From assembly GCA_045546415.1 (NCBI GenBank), contig JAZQCS010000071.1:1-55853 (forward strand): DNA of 55,853 bases. The letters are read 5' to 3'. The position numbers and the translations under genes are program-made. The DNA comes from Clostridia bacterium. Its GTDB lineage: Bacteria > Bacillota > Clostridia > RUG12999. Shown here one piece after another: positions 38,755 through 48,032 of the stretch; the stretch's first letter is position 1, and each line of letters starts with the position of its first letter. The notes below the pieces were generated by a model. It was not told where the DNA came from, made no database searches, and saw only the letters and a program-made list of their open reading frames with translations.

Positions 38755-39507
38755 ATGAAAAAGGAATACTACGAAAGTCTTTTTGAAACAATTCTGGACA
38801 TAGGCAGAGAGCTTGTTGCCTCAGGTGCGGAAATTAACCGTACCGACGAAACCCTGCGAAGGCTGGGACGGGCTTACGGTGCAGAGGATGTAAATGTTTT
38901 TGTAATTTACAATTCTCTCTCGGCAACAATGAAATTTGAAGGGGAAATGTACACCCAGACCCGAAGCCTGAAAATTCCCACATCAACGGATTTCAGAAAA
39001 ATTGCTCACTTAAACGCTCTCAGCCGCAGATGTACAAAGGAAAAGCTTTCTCCCGAAGCCCTGAAAGCAGAGCTTGAAAAAATAAAAGCCATTAAAAAAT
39101 CCTCTCTGCGTGTGTTTCCCGGAGGTGCGGTTGCCGCCGGTGCTTTTGCAATGTTTTTTGGCGGCACTCCGGCAGATGCGCTTGTTGCGGCAATTTTCGG
39201 TCTGCTCATAATGTTCTTACAGGAAAATCTTACAAAAATCTGCCCTAACAATATGCTTTACACCTTTGTGGCGGCACTTACCTCAGGGCTTGGAATTTTA
39301 GCAGTTTCCCTGCTTTTGCCCGGCCTTATGGCAGATAAAATTATAATTGGAGTAATAATGCTTCTTGTTCCGGGAAAAGGTATAACCAATGCCGCCCGCG
39401 ATGTGCTTCTGGGCGATACTATATCCGGAGCAATGAAGCTTGTGGAAAGCCTGTTTCTTGCAGGGGCAATGGCGGCAGGATATCTGCTTGCGCTGAACAT
39501 TTTTTAA
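38755..39507 (+). CDS. Threonine/serine exporter ThrE family, large subunit
   Basis: SGAEINRTDETLRR, FAMFFGG, MLLVPGKGITNAARD; AAGGAG RBS before ATG 38755. Confidence 0.87.
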   Translation: MKKEYYESLFETILDIGRELVASGAEINRTDETLRRLGRAYGAEDVNVFVIYNSLSATMKFEGEMYTQTRSLKIPTSTDFRKIAHLNALSRRCTKEKLSPEALKAELEKIKAIKKSSLRVFPGGAVAAGAFAMFFGGTPADALVAAIFGLLIMFLQENLTKICPNNMLYTFVAALTSGLGILAVSLLLPGLMADKIIIGVIMLLVPGKGITNAARDVLLGDTISGAMKLVESLFLAGAMAAGYLLALNIF

Positions 39508-39519
39508 GGAGGCGGAATA

Positions 39520-39972
39520 ATGGATTTTGTAATTCAGCTTATAACGGCTTTTATTGGTTCTCTTGGCTTTGCCCTTATGTGGAATGTTAACGGAAAATGC
39601 ATTCTGCCCGCATCCTTTGGCGGTTTTATGGGCTGGGGAGTTTACCTTCTGCTTTTTAATGTTGCCCATATGCCCATTTTTTCCGCCTCATTTTTTGCGG
39701 CGGCTGTGGTGGGGCTTTTTGCGGAAATTTGCGCAAGAGTATTCAAAACTCCCGGTACGGTGTTTTTAATTCCTTCCCTTATACCTCTTTTCCCGGGAAG
39801 TCTGCTTTATTATACTGTCAGCGCCGCAGCGGTAAGTGACTGGGAAACAATGGCCTCCCAGGGGCTTGCAACTGTTTATTTTACCCTGGGAATTGCCTGC
39901 GGAGCAAGCATTGTTCCCGCACTTTTTGCAAGCTTTGCTGAAATTCGCAAAAAAACTCAAAAAAACTCTTGA
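39520..39972 (+). CDS. Threonine/serine exporter ThrE family, small subunit
   Basis: ARVFKTPGTVFLIPSLIPLFPGSLLYY; paired with the preceding gene. Confidence 0.85.
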   Translation: MDFVIQLITAFIGSLGFALMWNVNGKCILPASFGGFMGWGVYLLLFNVAHMPIFSASFFAAAVVGLFAEICARVFKTPGTVFLIPSLIPLFPGSLLYYTVSAAAVSDWETMASQGLATVYFTLGIACGASIVPALFASFAEIRKKTQKNS

Positions 39973-39997
39973 CAAAGAGGAAAAACCGTGGTATAAT
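39969..39997 (+). promoter_or_regulatory. Sigma-A promoter of ylxM-ffh
   Basis: TTGACA-17-TATAAT with extended TG. Confidence 0.85.
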
Positions 39998-40069
39998 GGT
40001 ATGGCTGTAAAGTGATTTACTTGTCAAGCCACAGGAAAATCAGGTAAAAAGCCGGTTGGAGGTTCTGTA

Positions 40070-40438
40070 ATGAAAGATTTAAACATTTGTATCCTGCTGG
40101 ATTTTTACTCATCCCTTCTTTCCCCCAAGCAGGCGGAAATGATGGAACAGTATTATAATGATGATTTGTCTTTAAGCGAAATTGCCGAAGAAATGAGCAT
40201 TTCCCGTCAGGGAGTCCGTGACGCCATAAAAAAAGCAGAAGCCATTCTTCTTACTGCGGAGAAGGATTTAGGCTATGCAAAGCGTTTTATGGAAATGGCA
40301 AAGGAGCTTGGAGCTATACGAAACCATATAGAAAGCTTAATTGAAAATAAAGAAAACCGCGACGAGGAGCTGAAGGCTCTGCTTACAGAGGTGGATGCAC
40401 TCCGTTCGCTCAGTGGGGTAACCGATTATGGCATTTGA
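40070..40438 (+). CDS. ylxM: YlxM-family DNA-binding/SRP-associated protein
   Basis: LLDFYSSLLSPKQ, YYNDDLSLSEIAE, ISRQGVRDAIK; upstream of ffh. Confidence 0.93.
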   Translation: MKDLNICILLDFYSSLLSPKQAEMMEQYYNDDLSLSEIAEEMSISRQGVRDAIKKAEAILLTAEKDLGYAKRFMEMAKELGAIRNHIESLIENKENRDEELKALLTEVDALRSLSGVTDYGI

Positions 40439-41774
40439 AGGCTTGATGGATAAGCTGAACGGTGTTTTCAGCAAGCTCAAAGGGCACGGAAAGTTAACCG
40501 AAGCGGACATTAAAGTCTCCATGCGTGAGGTAAAGCTTGCGCTTCTGGAGGCAGATGTTAACTTCAAGGTTGTTAAAGATTTTGTTGCAACCGTTTCGGA
40601 GCGTTGTAAAGGCAGCGAGGTGCTTGAGAGCCTGACACCCGGTCAGCAGGTTATAAAAATAGTACGGGAAGAGCTGATAGAGCTTATGGGAAAGGAAAAC
40701 GCAAAGGTTGACCTTTCCGGCAAGGCACCCGCCATTATTATGATGGCAGGTTTACAGGGTGCAGGTAAAACCACCACCTCTGCAAAGCTTGCAGCACTTC
40801 TCCGCAAACAGCAGGGCAAACGCCCTTTGCTTGTAGCCGGTGACGTTTACCGTCCTGCGGCTATAAAACAGCTTGAGGTTGTAGGTGCTCAGATAGATGT
40901 ACCGGTTTTTACCCTTGGTGACAAGGTAAGCCCGGTGGAAATTGCAAAGCGTGGTGTTGAACACGCCAGAGCACACGGTAACGACCTTGTAATTATTGAT
41001 ACTGCCGGCAGGCTTCATGTTGATGAAGAGCTTATGCAGGAGCTTTCCGACATTAAAGAAGCAGTAAATCCCAACGAAATCCTTCTTGTTGTGGATTCCA
41101 TGACAGGTCAGGATGCAGTAAATGTTGCAACCAGCTTTAATGAACAGCTTGAAATAACAGGTGTTGTTCTTACAAAGCTTGACGGTGACACCCGTGGCGG
41201 TGCGGCTCTTTCGGTCCGTGCAGTTTCGGGCAAGCCCATAAAATTTGCCTGCATAGGCGAAAAGCTTTCGGACATTGAGCCCTTCTATCCTGACAGAATG
41301 GCTTCAAGAATCCTGGGTATGGGTGATGTGCTTACCCTTATTGATAAAGCTCAGGAAGCCTTTGACGAAAAACAGGCGGCTGAGATGGAGAAAAAGCTCC
41401 GTCAGAACCAGTTCACTCTTGAGGATTTCCACGAGCAGATGAAACAGCTTAAAAAAATGGGTCCCATGTCACAGCTTATCGGTATGATGCCCGGTATGGG
41501 CAATATGAAGGATATTGAGGTGGATGACAGAAAAATGGACAGAATTGAAGCAATTATTCTTTCCATGACTCCTGCCGAAAGAAGAAATCCTTCCATCATA
41601 AACGGCAGCCGCAAAATCCGTATAGCAAAGGGTTGCGGCATGGAGGTTCACGATGTGAACTTACTGCTTAAACAGTTTGAGCAGATGCAGAAAATGATTA
41701 AGCAAATGACAAAAGGCGGCGGCAAGGCAATGCGCCGGAAAGCAAGGGGAATGGGTTTCCCCGGTATGTTTTAG
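40428..41774 (+). CDS. ffh: Signal recognition particle protein
   Basis: ALLEADV, GLQGAGKTT, DTAGR, TKLDGDTRGGAALS, RILGMGD, Met-rich M domain. Confidence 0.98.
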   Translation: MAFEGLMDKLNGVFSKLKGHGKLTEADIKVSMREVKLALLEADVNFKVVKDFVATVSERCKGSEVLESLTPGQQVIKIVREELIELMGKENAKVDLSGKAPAIIMMAGLQGAGKTTTSAKLAALLRKQQGKRPLLVAGDVYRPAAIKQLEVVGAQIDVPVFTLGDKVSPVEIAKRGVEHARAHGNDLVIIDTAGRLHVDEELMQELSDIKEAVNPNEILLVVDSMTGQDAVNVATSFNEQLEITGVVLTKLDGDTRGGAALSVRAVSGKPIKFACIGEKLSDIEPFYPDRMASRILGMGDVLTLIDKAQEAFDEKQAAEMEKKLRQNQFTLEDFHEQMKQLKKMGPMSQLIGMMPGMGNMKDIEVDDRKMDRIEAIILSMTPAERRNPSIINGSRKIRIAKGCGMEVHDVNLLLKQFEQMQKMIKQMTKGGGKAMRRKARGMGFPGMF

Positions 41775-41838
41775 TGAAAAACCAAAATGCAAATTAATGG
41801 TTTTCATATATGAAAATTTTTAAGGAGGTGCAAACACA

Positions 41839-42078
41839 ATGGCAGTTAAAATCCGTTTAAAGAGAATGGGTTCTAAAAAGGCTCCCTTCTACAGAGTAGT
41901 AGTAGCTGATTCCAGATACCCCAGAGACGGTCGTTTCATCGAAGAAGTTGGTACTTACAACCCTCTTAAGAACCCCGCTGAAATCAACCTTGATGCAGAA
42001 AAGGTTCAGAAGTGGATTGGTAACGGTGCTCAGCCCACAGATACCGTTAAGGATCTTATTAAGAAGGCAGGTATCTAA
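41839..42078 (+). CDS. rpsP: 30S ribosomal protein S16
   Basis: [36 protein letters not shown]. Confidence 0.98.
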   Translation: MAVKIRLKRMGSKKAPFYRVVVADSRYPRDGRFIEEVGTYNPLKNPAEINLDAEKVQKWIGNGAQPTDTVKDLIKKAGI

Positions 42079-42197
42079 TTGAATTTGTTTACACCTTGAG
42101 ATAAAGTTTGGTGCATAGCCGGGCTTTATCTCGGACCAGGGTGCAGCAAATCGGAAAGGAAAGCCTCTCCCGAGGGGAGCAGGCAGATTTAATCAAA

Positions 42198-42431
42198 ATG
42201 ATGAAAGAATTACTTGAAAACATTGCAAAATCTCTTGTTGAACACCCCGAGGATGTTACAGTTACAGTTTCCGGCACAGAAAATGCTGTTGTTCTGGAGC
42301 TTCGTGTTAACGATTCCGATATGGGTAAGGTTATCGGCAAGCAGGGCAGAATTGCAAAAGCAATCCGTTCTGTTATGAAGGCAGCCGCTGTTCGTGAAAA
42401 CAAGAAGGTTTCTGTTGAAATTGTACAGTAA
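42198..42431 (+). CDS. khpA: KH-domain RNA-binding protein KhpA (YlqC)
   Basis: MKELLENIAKSLVEHPEDV, DMGKVIGKQGRIAKAIRSV; between rpsP and rimM. Confidence 0.93.
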   Translation: MMKELLENIAKSLVEHPEDVTVTVSGTENAVVLELRVNDSDMGKVIGKQGRIAKAIRSVMKAAAVRENKKVSVEIVQ

Positions 42432-42485
42432 AAAAACTGGGATTAGGTGTTTTCGCATCTAACCCTTTTTTTATAGGTGAAAAGT

Positions 42486-42986
42486 ATGAAAAATGTTGAA
42501 CTTGGAAAAATAGTTAATATCCACGGTGTTCACGGTGAGGTAAAGGTTAACCCTTATGCTGACGGACCGGAATTTTTAAGAAATTTCAAGCAGGTGCTTG
42601 TGGGAGATGTTTCCTACAATGTTAAGGGTGTGAAAATTGCAAAGGGCTGTGCTGTTTTAAAGCTTGAAGGTGTTGATACCGTTGAAGCCGCACAAAAGCT
42701 TCGTGAAAAGCTTGTAACCGTACCTGAAAACCTGCTTCCTGCACTTCCCGAAGGGGTTTTTTATGTTAAAGACCTTGTGGGTATGGAGGTTTATGCCGAC
42801 GGTGACCTGCTTGGCACACTTACCGAGGTTATAAATGCTCCTGCCAACGATGTTTATGTGGTTAAAAACAAGGAAGGCAAGGAATTTCTCATTCCCTCGG
42901 TACCGGTTTTTATAAAAAATCGTGATGTGGCAAAAAAACGCATGGATATTACTCACATAAGAGGTATTACCTATGATGAAGATTGA
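42486..42986 (+). CDS. rimM: Ribosome maturation factor RimM
   Basis: GKIVNIHGVHGEVKV, FYVKDLVG, ANDVYVV, LIP. Confidence 0.95.
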   Translation: MKNVELGKIVNIHGVHGEVKVNPYADGPEFLRNFKQVLVGDVSYNVKGVKIAKGCAVLKLEGVDTVEAAQKLREKLVTVPENLLPALPEGVFYVKDLVGMEVYADGDLLGTLTEVINAPANDVYVVKNKEGKEFLIPSVPVFIKNRDVAKKRMDITHIRGITYDED

Positions 42987-43737
42987 TGTGCTTACCCTTT
43001 TCCCTGAAATGATGGAGGCTGTTCTTGGCGAAAGCATTATAGGCAGAGCAAGAAAAAACGGTAAGCTTGACATAAATTTTACCAATATCCGTGATTACAC
43101 AAAAATGAAGCATGGCCATGTAGACGACTCCCCTTACGGTGGAGGCAGAGGTATGGTTATGGCTGTTCAGCCCATAAAATCCGCCCTTGAAAGTGTGGCT
43201 CTCCCCGGTGTAAAGCCTCATGTGGTGTATATGTCCCCTCAGGGCAGGGTTTTCACCCAGGAAATTGCAAAGGAGCTGCTTGAAAAGGAGCATCTTGTAT
43301 TTCTCTGCGGTCATTACGAGGGTGTTGACGAGCGTGTAATTGAGGAGCTTGTGGACGAGGAAATTTCCATAGGTGACTATGTTCTTACCGGTGGTGAAAT
43401 TCCTGCAATGGCTGTTATTGACTGCGTTTGCCGTATGGTGGAGGGAGTGCTTCCCGATGAAGATGCCTTTACTGAGGAGTCACATTTCAGCGGTCTTCTG
43501 GAATATCCTCAGTATACCCGTCCCGAGGAAACCGAAACCGGCAAAAGAGTTCCCGATGTTCTTCTTTCGGGGCATCACAAAAACATTGAAAAATGGCGCA
43601 GAAAACAGTCTCTTTTCCGCACCTGGAAAAAGCGTCCCGATATGCTGAAAAGCGCACCTCTTACTGATGAGGACAAAAAATACTTAGCAAAATATAAAGG
43701 AAAAAAGCGCAAAAACGCAAAATTTATTAATGAGTGA
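42973..43737 (+). CDS. trmD: tRNA (guanine-N1)-methyltransferase
   Basis: LTLFPEM, VDDSPYGGGRGM, CGHYEGVDER, SIGDYVLTGGE, LLEYPQYTRP. Confidence 0.98.
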   Translation: MMKIDVLTLFPEMMEAVLGESIIGRARKNGKLDINFTNIRDYTKMKHGHVDDSPYGGGRGMVMAVQPIKSALESVALPGVKPHVVYMSPQGRVFTQEIAKELLEKEHLVFLCGHYEGVDERVIEELVDEEISIGDYVLTGGEIPAMAVIDCVCRMVEGVLPDEDAFTEESHFSGLLEYPQYTRPEETETGKRVPDVLLSGHHKNIEKWRRKQSLFRTWKKRPDMLKSAPLTDEDKKYLAKYKGKKRKNAKFINE

Positions 43738-43742
43738 TTATT

Positions 43743-44597
43743 ATGACAATTGAACCCGTACAGCTAAAACATAAAGAAATAACCGACCGTTTCCGTGACG
43801 GCGAGGGTCTGTTTAACGGTGACTACTGTTTCGGAAATCTGTTTGCCTGGGGAGGTGTTTTTAACACTCACATCTGCCTTGAGGGTGAAATGTACACAGC
43901 GGTTGCGGAAATTGGTAACAGCCGTATGCTTATTGGATATCCCATCGGCAATGGAGACAAAAAAGCCCTTGTGAAGAAGCTTGCAGAGTATGCAAAAGGC
44001 AAGGGGAAAATTCCTGTTCTGGGTCTTGTTCCACACAAGCTGATTGAAAAAGCACAAGTGGAGCTTCAGGGCCTTGTTACCTTCAGGCGTATGCGAAACA
44101 GCGACGATTATGTGTACCTTACAACCAAGCTTATTGACCTTTCCGGAGATGAGCTTCACGCCAAGAAAAATATGCTGAATTCCTTTTTGAAAAACGATTT
44201 CGTTTACGAGGAAATCAGCCCGGAAAACCTTGAAGCTGCAAAGGAATTCTGCATCCAAAAATGCTTTACGGATGACGAAAAGCTTGTAACAGAGCGGTTT
44301 TTTGATAATTTTGAGGCTCTTGCTTTAAAGGGAGCTGTTCTTAAAATTGAAGGTGTAATTGTTGCCGCAACGGTGGGAGAATGCCGCGGAGATACGGTAA
44401 TTATCCATACCGAAAAAGCGGAAAAGAATGTTCGCGGAGCATATGCTGCAATAAACAACCTTTTCCTGAAAAACTCCATGAGCCATACGGTTTTTGTTAA
44501 CCGTGAGGATGATATGGGTCTGGAAAACTTACGCAAGGCTAAGCTTTCCTACAAGCCTGAGTTTATGGTGGAAAAATATATGGGTCATTTTGAATAA
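43743..44597 (+). CDS. DUF2156 / phosphatidylglycerol lysyltransferase-like GNAT domain protein
   Basis: DYCFGNLFAW, DYVY...LSG, IHTEKA...GAYAAIN, VNREDDMGLENLRKAKLSYKP. Confidence 0.85.
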   Translation: MTIEPVQLKHKEITDRFRDGEGLFNGDYCFGNLFAWGGVFNTHICLEGEMYTAVAEIGNSRMLIGYPIGNGDKKALVKKLAEYAKGKGKIPVLGLVPHKLIEKAQVELQGLVTFRRMRNSDDYVYLTTKLIDLSGDELHAKKNMLNSFLKNDFVYEEISPENLEAAKEFCIQKCFTDDEKLVTERFFDNFEALALKGAVLKIEGVIVAATVGECRGDTVIIHTEKAEKNVRGAYAAINNLFLKNSMSHTVFVNREDDMGLENLRKAKLSYKPEFMVEKYMGHFE

Positions 44598-44607
44598 ATG
44601 CAATAAC

Positions 44608-44853
44608 GGGGATGTTAAAAAACTCAGGATCGCAAGAAAAGAGGGTAAGAAATAGTTTTTGAAAAGTTTTTCGTATAGCTTACATCCGAAAATAAAGGTA
44701 GAAAAATCAAAATCTTTGATTTTTCTTAAAAATTTCAATCTTTTCTTGCTACAAACAAACTTCGCCTCTCGTCGTACCCCCGTACGGCTTCGGGTAACCC
44801 AAAGCTAAAGCTTTGGCTCAGTTTGCCCGTTCCAGAGCTTTTTTCCTATCCCC
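44608..44853. mobile_element. Probable MITE-like non-autonomous element (~246 bp)
   Basis: Imperfect terminal inverted repeats GGGGATGTTAAAAAACTC / GAGCTTTTTTCCTATCCCC, nested GCAAGAAAAGA/TCTTTTCTTGC and AGAAAAATCAAA/TTTGATTTTTCT inverted repeats; no credible ORF. Confidence 0.5.
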
Positions 44854-44860
44854 TTAAAAG

Positions 44861-44890
44861 AAAGGCGGTGTTTTTTAAACACCGCCTTTT
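44861..44890. terminator. Bidirectional intrinsic terminator
   Basis: AAAGGCGGTGTTT-loop-AAACACCGCCTTTT between convergent genes. Confidence 0.8.
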
Positions 44891-44893
44891 ACT

Positions 44894-47800
44894 TTATATT
44901 TCTGCAAGAATAGTTACAATTTCGTAGTTGCCCACAGGTAATGTTACGGTGTTACCGCTGCCTATTTCCTCAAGCTTGTTTTCAAGCATATCGCAGAGAT
45001 AAATTTTCTTTGCATCAAAGCCAAGTTTTAAAGTAGCATCGGTTTTCTGGTTGTGGCATTCGTACATACGAACCACAACACCTTCACCGTTTTCAGCCAT
45101 TTTAACTGTTTCGGCAATAATGTTTTCCTTGTTGCAGCTAACAAGACTGTAGCTTTCAGGAAGCTTGCCTTCACCCAACGCCGGAACACATACAAGGGGT
45201 TTGTTAAGAATATACGCCTGCTGAACTGTTCCGTTCCTGAAATCTCCGCTGTGGGGATAGATTGAATAGGTGAAGCTGTGATGACCTATATCCGCCATAG
45301 GATTGGGGTCTGTGCCTGCTTTTACAAGAGTAAGCGCAAGTTCACCACCCTCGCAGCTGTGTCCGTACTTGCAATCGTTAAGAAGGCTGAACCCGTAATT
45401 GCCTTCGGAAATGTCTGCCCATTTCTGTCCGCAAACCTCGAATTTTGCCGCATCCCAGCTTGTGTTGGAATGGGTAGGTCTTTCAAGGTTACCGAACTGA
45501 ATGTCATAAACCGCTTTGGTTGTAAGAATGTTTGTGGGGAAAAACGCCTTAAGAATGTTATGATGTTCATTCCACTCAATATCTGTTTCAAAGTCGATTC
45601 TGGGGCTGTTGGCATATGCAACAATACGCTGTCTGATTTCAGAATTCAGATATTTTCTGACAACCTCAAAGCCACCAAACCCTTCACCTTCAACGGATTT
45701 TACGCTTACAAGCTCAAAATCGTCATAGGACTTCTGCTTGTAATAGTTAGTGATTTCCCAGTTGTCGCAATATTTGGGGTAATCCTCAAAGGCTCTTATT
45801 TTGTTGAAAGCTTTGCCTTTTTCAACAATTTCTCTGCCGTTTACCTTGTCAAACAAAGAGGATATGTTCATATCATCATCAAAAACAATAACATACATAT
45901 CGGTTTCAACGCGTTTTTCGGAAACCTTTACCTTGCCATTGGAAACGGTGTTTTCAATAACCTTCCAGCCCATTGCCGGAACATTTTCAGCATATACAAG
46001 CCCCTCGTCGTTCCGGGCATAGCTGCTTACCTCAAAGGGATTTGGATTATAAACAAGAATACCCTTTTTATTTACATTTGCGGCAATTTTTGAAAGCTTG
46101 TCCATTTTGATTCCGCCGATTTCATCAAACAGAGCCGCATACTGGCGGTCGCTGTCCTCGTAAACTTCAGGAATTGAGGAACCGGGAATTATATCATGGA
46201 ACTGATTAAGCAGAATCACCTTCCAGTTTCTGAAAAGAGCTTCCTGAGGATATTCTCCCCCGAGAAGAAGCTTATCCATTACCGATACATTTTCGGTGTC
46301 CTGACAAAGGAATTCCGACTTACGGTTGTTCTTTTTGTTCTTTGCTATTGATGTATATGTACCTCGGTGAACTTCAAGGTAAAGCTCGCCCACCCATTTT
46401 GGTGTTCTGCCTGTAAGCTCGCAGTTTTTCTCGAAATCGCTCTTTACTCTGTCAAGAAAATCTCCTGCTTTGCTCATCTGCGCTTTCGGGAAACCGGGTA
46501 AGCCTTTTTCAAGACGGCGTTCCATTTCAATCATTTCAAGTGTGGGTCCGCCACCACCGTCACCGTAACCGTAGGTTACAATGGCTTCGTTGGTATATTC
46601 CTTCTGCTGATATCTTTCCCATGTACCGAGGTGCATATTGGGATTAACAAAACCCACATATGTTGTCTGTTTCTGATGCGCAAGGAACTGATGATGGTCC
46701 TGAGCAGTAAGGAAATATGTAAAGATTTCCGTTCCGTCAATACCCTGCCACATAAATGTATCAACAGGCATCATATTGCTCTCGCTCCAGCTTATTTTGG
46801 AAGTAACAAAAGTATCAATACCGGTCTTTTTAAGAATCTGAGGCATTGAAGCATTATATCCGAAAACATCAGGAAGCCATAAAATGTGGTTATCCACACC
46901 AAGCTCTTCCTTCATAAACTTTTTGCCGTGCATAATCTGGCGGATAATACTTTCACCGGAAGTAAGGTTGCAGTCAGCCTCAAGCCACATACCGCCTTCT
47001 GCTTCCCATCTGCCTTCCTTTATGCGCTGTTTGAGCTTTTCAAAAAGCTCAGGCTGTTCTTCCTTAAAATATTCATAAAGCTGAGGCTGAGAGGACATAA
47101 AAATATATTCCGGATACTGTTCCATAAGGTTCAGCACGGTAGCAAAGCTTCTCTGTGTCTTTTCTCTTGTCTGGGCAAGTGTCCACAGCCATGCCACATC
47201 AATGTGGGTGTGACCGATATAATTTACAATTACATCACTTGCACCGCAAGCCTTACCGTAAAACTCTTCTTTAAGGTACGCCCTTGCCTTGTCAACACTT
47301 TCAAGGAAAGCTTCTTCACCAACATCGCGGAAATCAATAAGGTTACAAGCCTGCTCAAGGTGTTTGACTATTTCGGCATATTCCATTGTTCGTGGGTCAA
47401 GAAGAAGTGCCGCCTCGTAAGGCACATTTATATCAAAATACAAATCTCTCACTCTGTGATTTACATTTACAAGGTTCATCATAACCTCGCATTTCATATC
47501 GTCTTTCATACCGGTATAAAAATACAGCATCACATCATAATGATTTTCCGGTTCAAGATGCACCGTGCGGTGGTTGATATCGGTGCCCTGCACAGCCTTT
47601 CCGTTCAGATATAACAGTCCCTGTGGGTTAAGAGCGTCACCGCCATCTTTTTTTCCGGTAATAAGCTCAATTACAAGCTCCTCGCCTTCCTTGACAGAAG
47701 GGGTGTCAATTTCTGTGTGAAACCAGAAATGCTTATCCTTGCCGAAAATTCTTTCTCCCCTTTTGAGAGTCTGTGTAAACATAGATAAATCAGGATATTC

Positions 47801-47923
47801 TCCGATTTTTTTGTAACCGCTTTCAAAATAAGAAAGCTCAGAAATTGTCTCAAGACATTTACCGCTCCGCAAAGCAAGTTCTCCTATAGTCATCCGGATT
47901 TTATCCACCAAAAATTGGTCCAT
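44894..47923 (-). CDS. Alpha-mannosidase, glycoside hydrolase family 38
   Basis: GHTHIDVAWLW, WEAEGGMWLEAD, LWLPDVFGY, GYGDGGGGP, GELYLEVHRGTYTS, NQFHDIIPGSSI; ATG 47923 after GAAAGGAG. Confidence 0.95.
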   Translation of the reverse strand: MDQFLVDKIRMTIGELALRSGKCLETISELSYFESGYKKIGEYPDLSMFTQTLKRGERIFGKDKHFWFHTEIDTPSVKEGEELVIELITGKKDGGDALNPQGLLYLNGKAVQGTDINHRTVHLEPENHYDVMLYFYTGMKDDMKCEVMMNLVNVNHRVRDLYFDINVPYEAALLLDPRTMEYAEIVKHLEQACNLIDFRDVGEEAFLESVDKARAYLKEEFYGKACGASDVIVNYIGHTHIDVAWLWTLAQTREKTQRSFATVLNLMEQYPEYIFMSSQPQLYEYFKEEQPELFEKLKQRIKEGRWEAEGGMWLEADCNLTSGESIIRQIMHGKKFMKEELGVDNHILWLPDVFGYNASMPQILKKTGIDTFVTSKISWSESNMMPVDTFMWQGIDGTEIFTYFLTAQDHHQFLAHQKQTTYVGFVNPNMHLGTWERYQQKEYTNEAIVTYGYGDGGGGPTLEMIEMERRLEKGLPGFPKAQMSKAGDFLDRVKSDFEKNCELTGRTPKWVGELYLEVHRGTYTSIAKNKKNNRKSEFLCQDTENVSVMDKLLLGGEYPQEALFRNWKVILLNQFHDIIPGSSIPEVYEDSDRQYAALFDEIGGIKMDKLSKIAANVNKKGILVYNPNPFEVSSYARNDEGLVYAENVPAMGWKVIENTVSNGKVKVSEKRVETDMYVIVFDDDMNISSLFDKVNGREIVEKGKAFNKIRAFEDYPKYCDNWEITNYYKQKSYDDFELVSVKSVEGEGFGGFEVVRKYLNSEIRQRIVAYANSPRIDFETDIEWNEHHNILKAFFPTNILTTKAVYDIQFGNLERPTHSNTSWDAAKFEVCGQKWADISEGNYGFSLLNDCKYGHSCEGGELALTLVKAGTDPNPMADIGHHSFTYSIYPHSGDFRNGTVQQAYILNKPLVCVPALGEGKLPESYSLVSCNKENIIAETVKMAENGEGVVVRMYECHNQKTDATLKLGFDAKKIYLCDMLENKLEEIGSGNTVTLPVGNYEIVTILAEI

Positions 47924-48032
47924 AAAAAACACTCCTTTCCATTCTATATCATAATTATATCACAAAAGCTATTGCAAATCTACTAACAATGTGATATAAT
48001 TATTATACTATTGTGATATTTGGAGTGATATT

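Noticed and set aside
42081-42190. SRP RNA near ffh
   Set aside because: Lacks the conserved helix-8 motif (CAGG...GNRA...AGCAG arrangement); kept only as an unexplained structured region.
11215-47614. Long antisense ORFs (e.g. 11215-11976, 12060-12890, 13930-14877, 18220-19188, 35369-36463, 45278-46093, 46886-47614)
   Set aside because: They lie opposite well-supported genes, have no recognisable motifs, and are expected shadows of host codon bias.
47953-48001. Inverted repeat AATTATATCACA / TGTGATATAATT as an operator
   Set aside because: Adequately explained by extended -10 boxes (TGTGATATAAT) of two divergent promoters; an operator role is not excluded but is unsupported.
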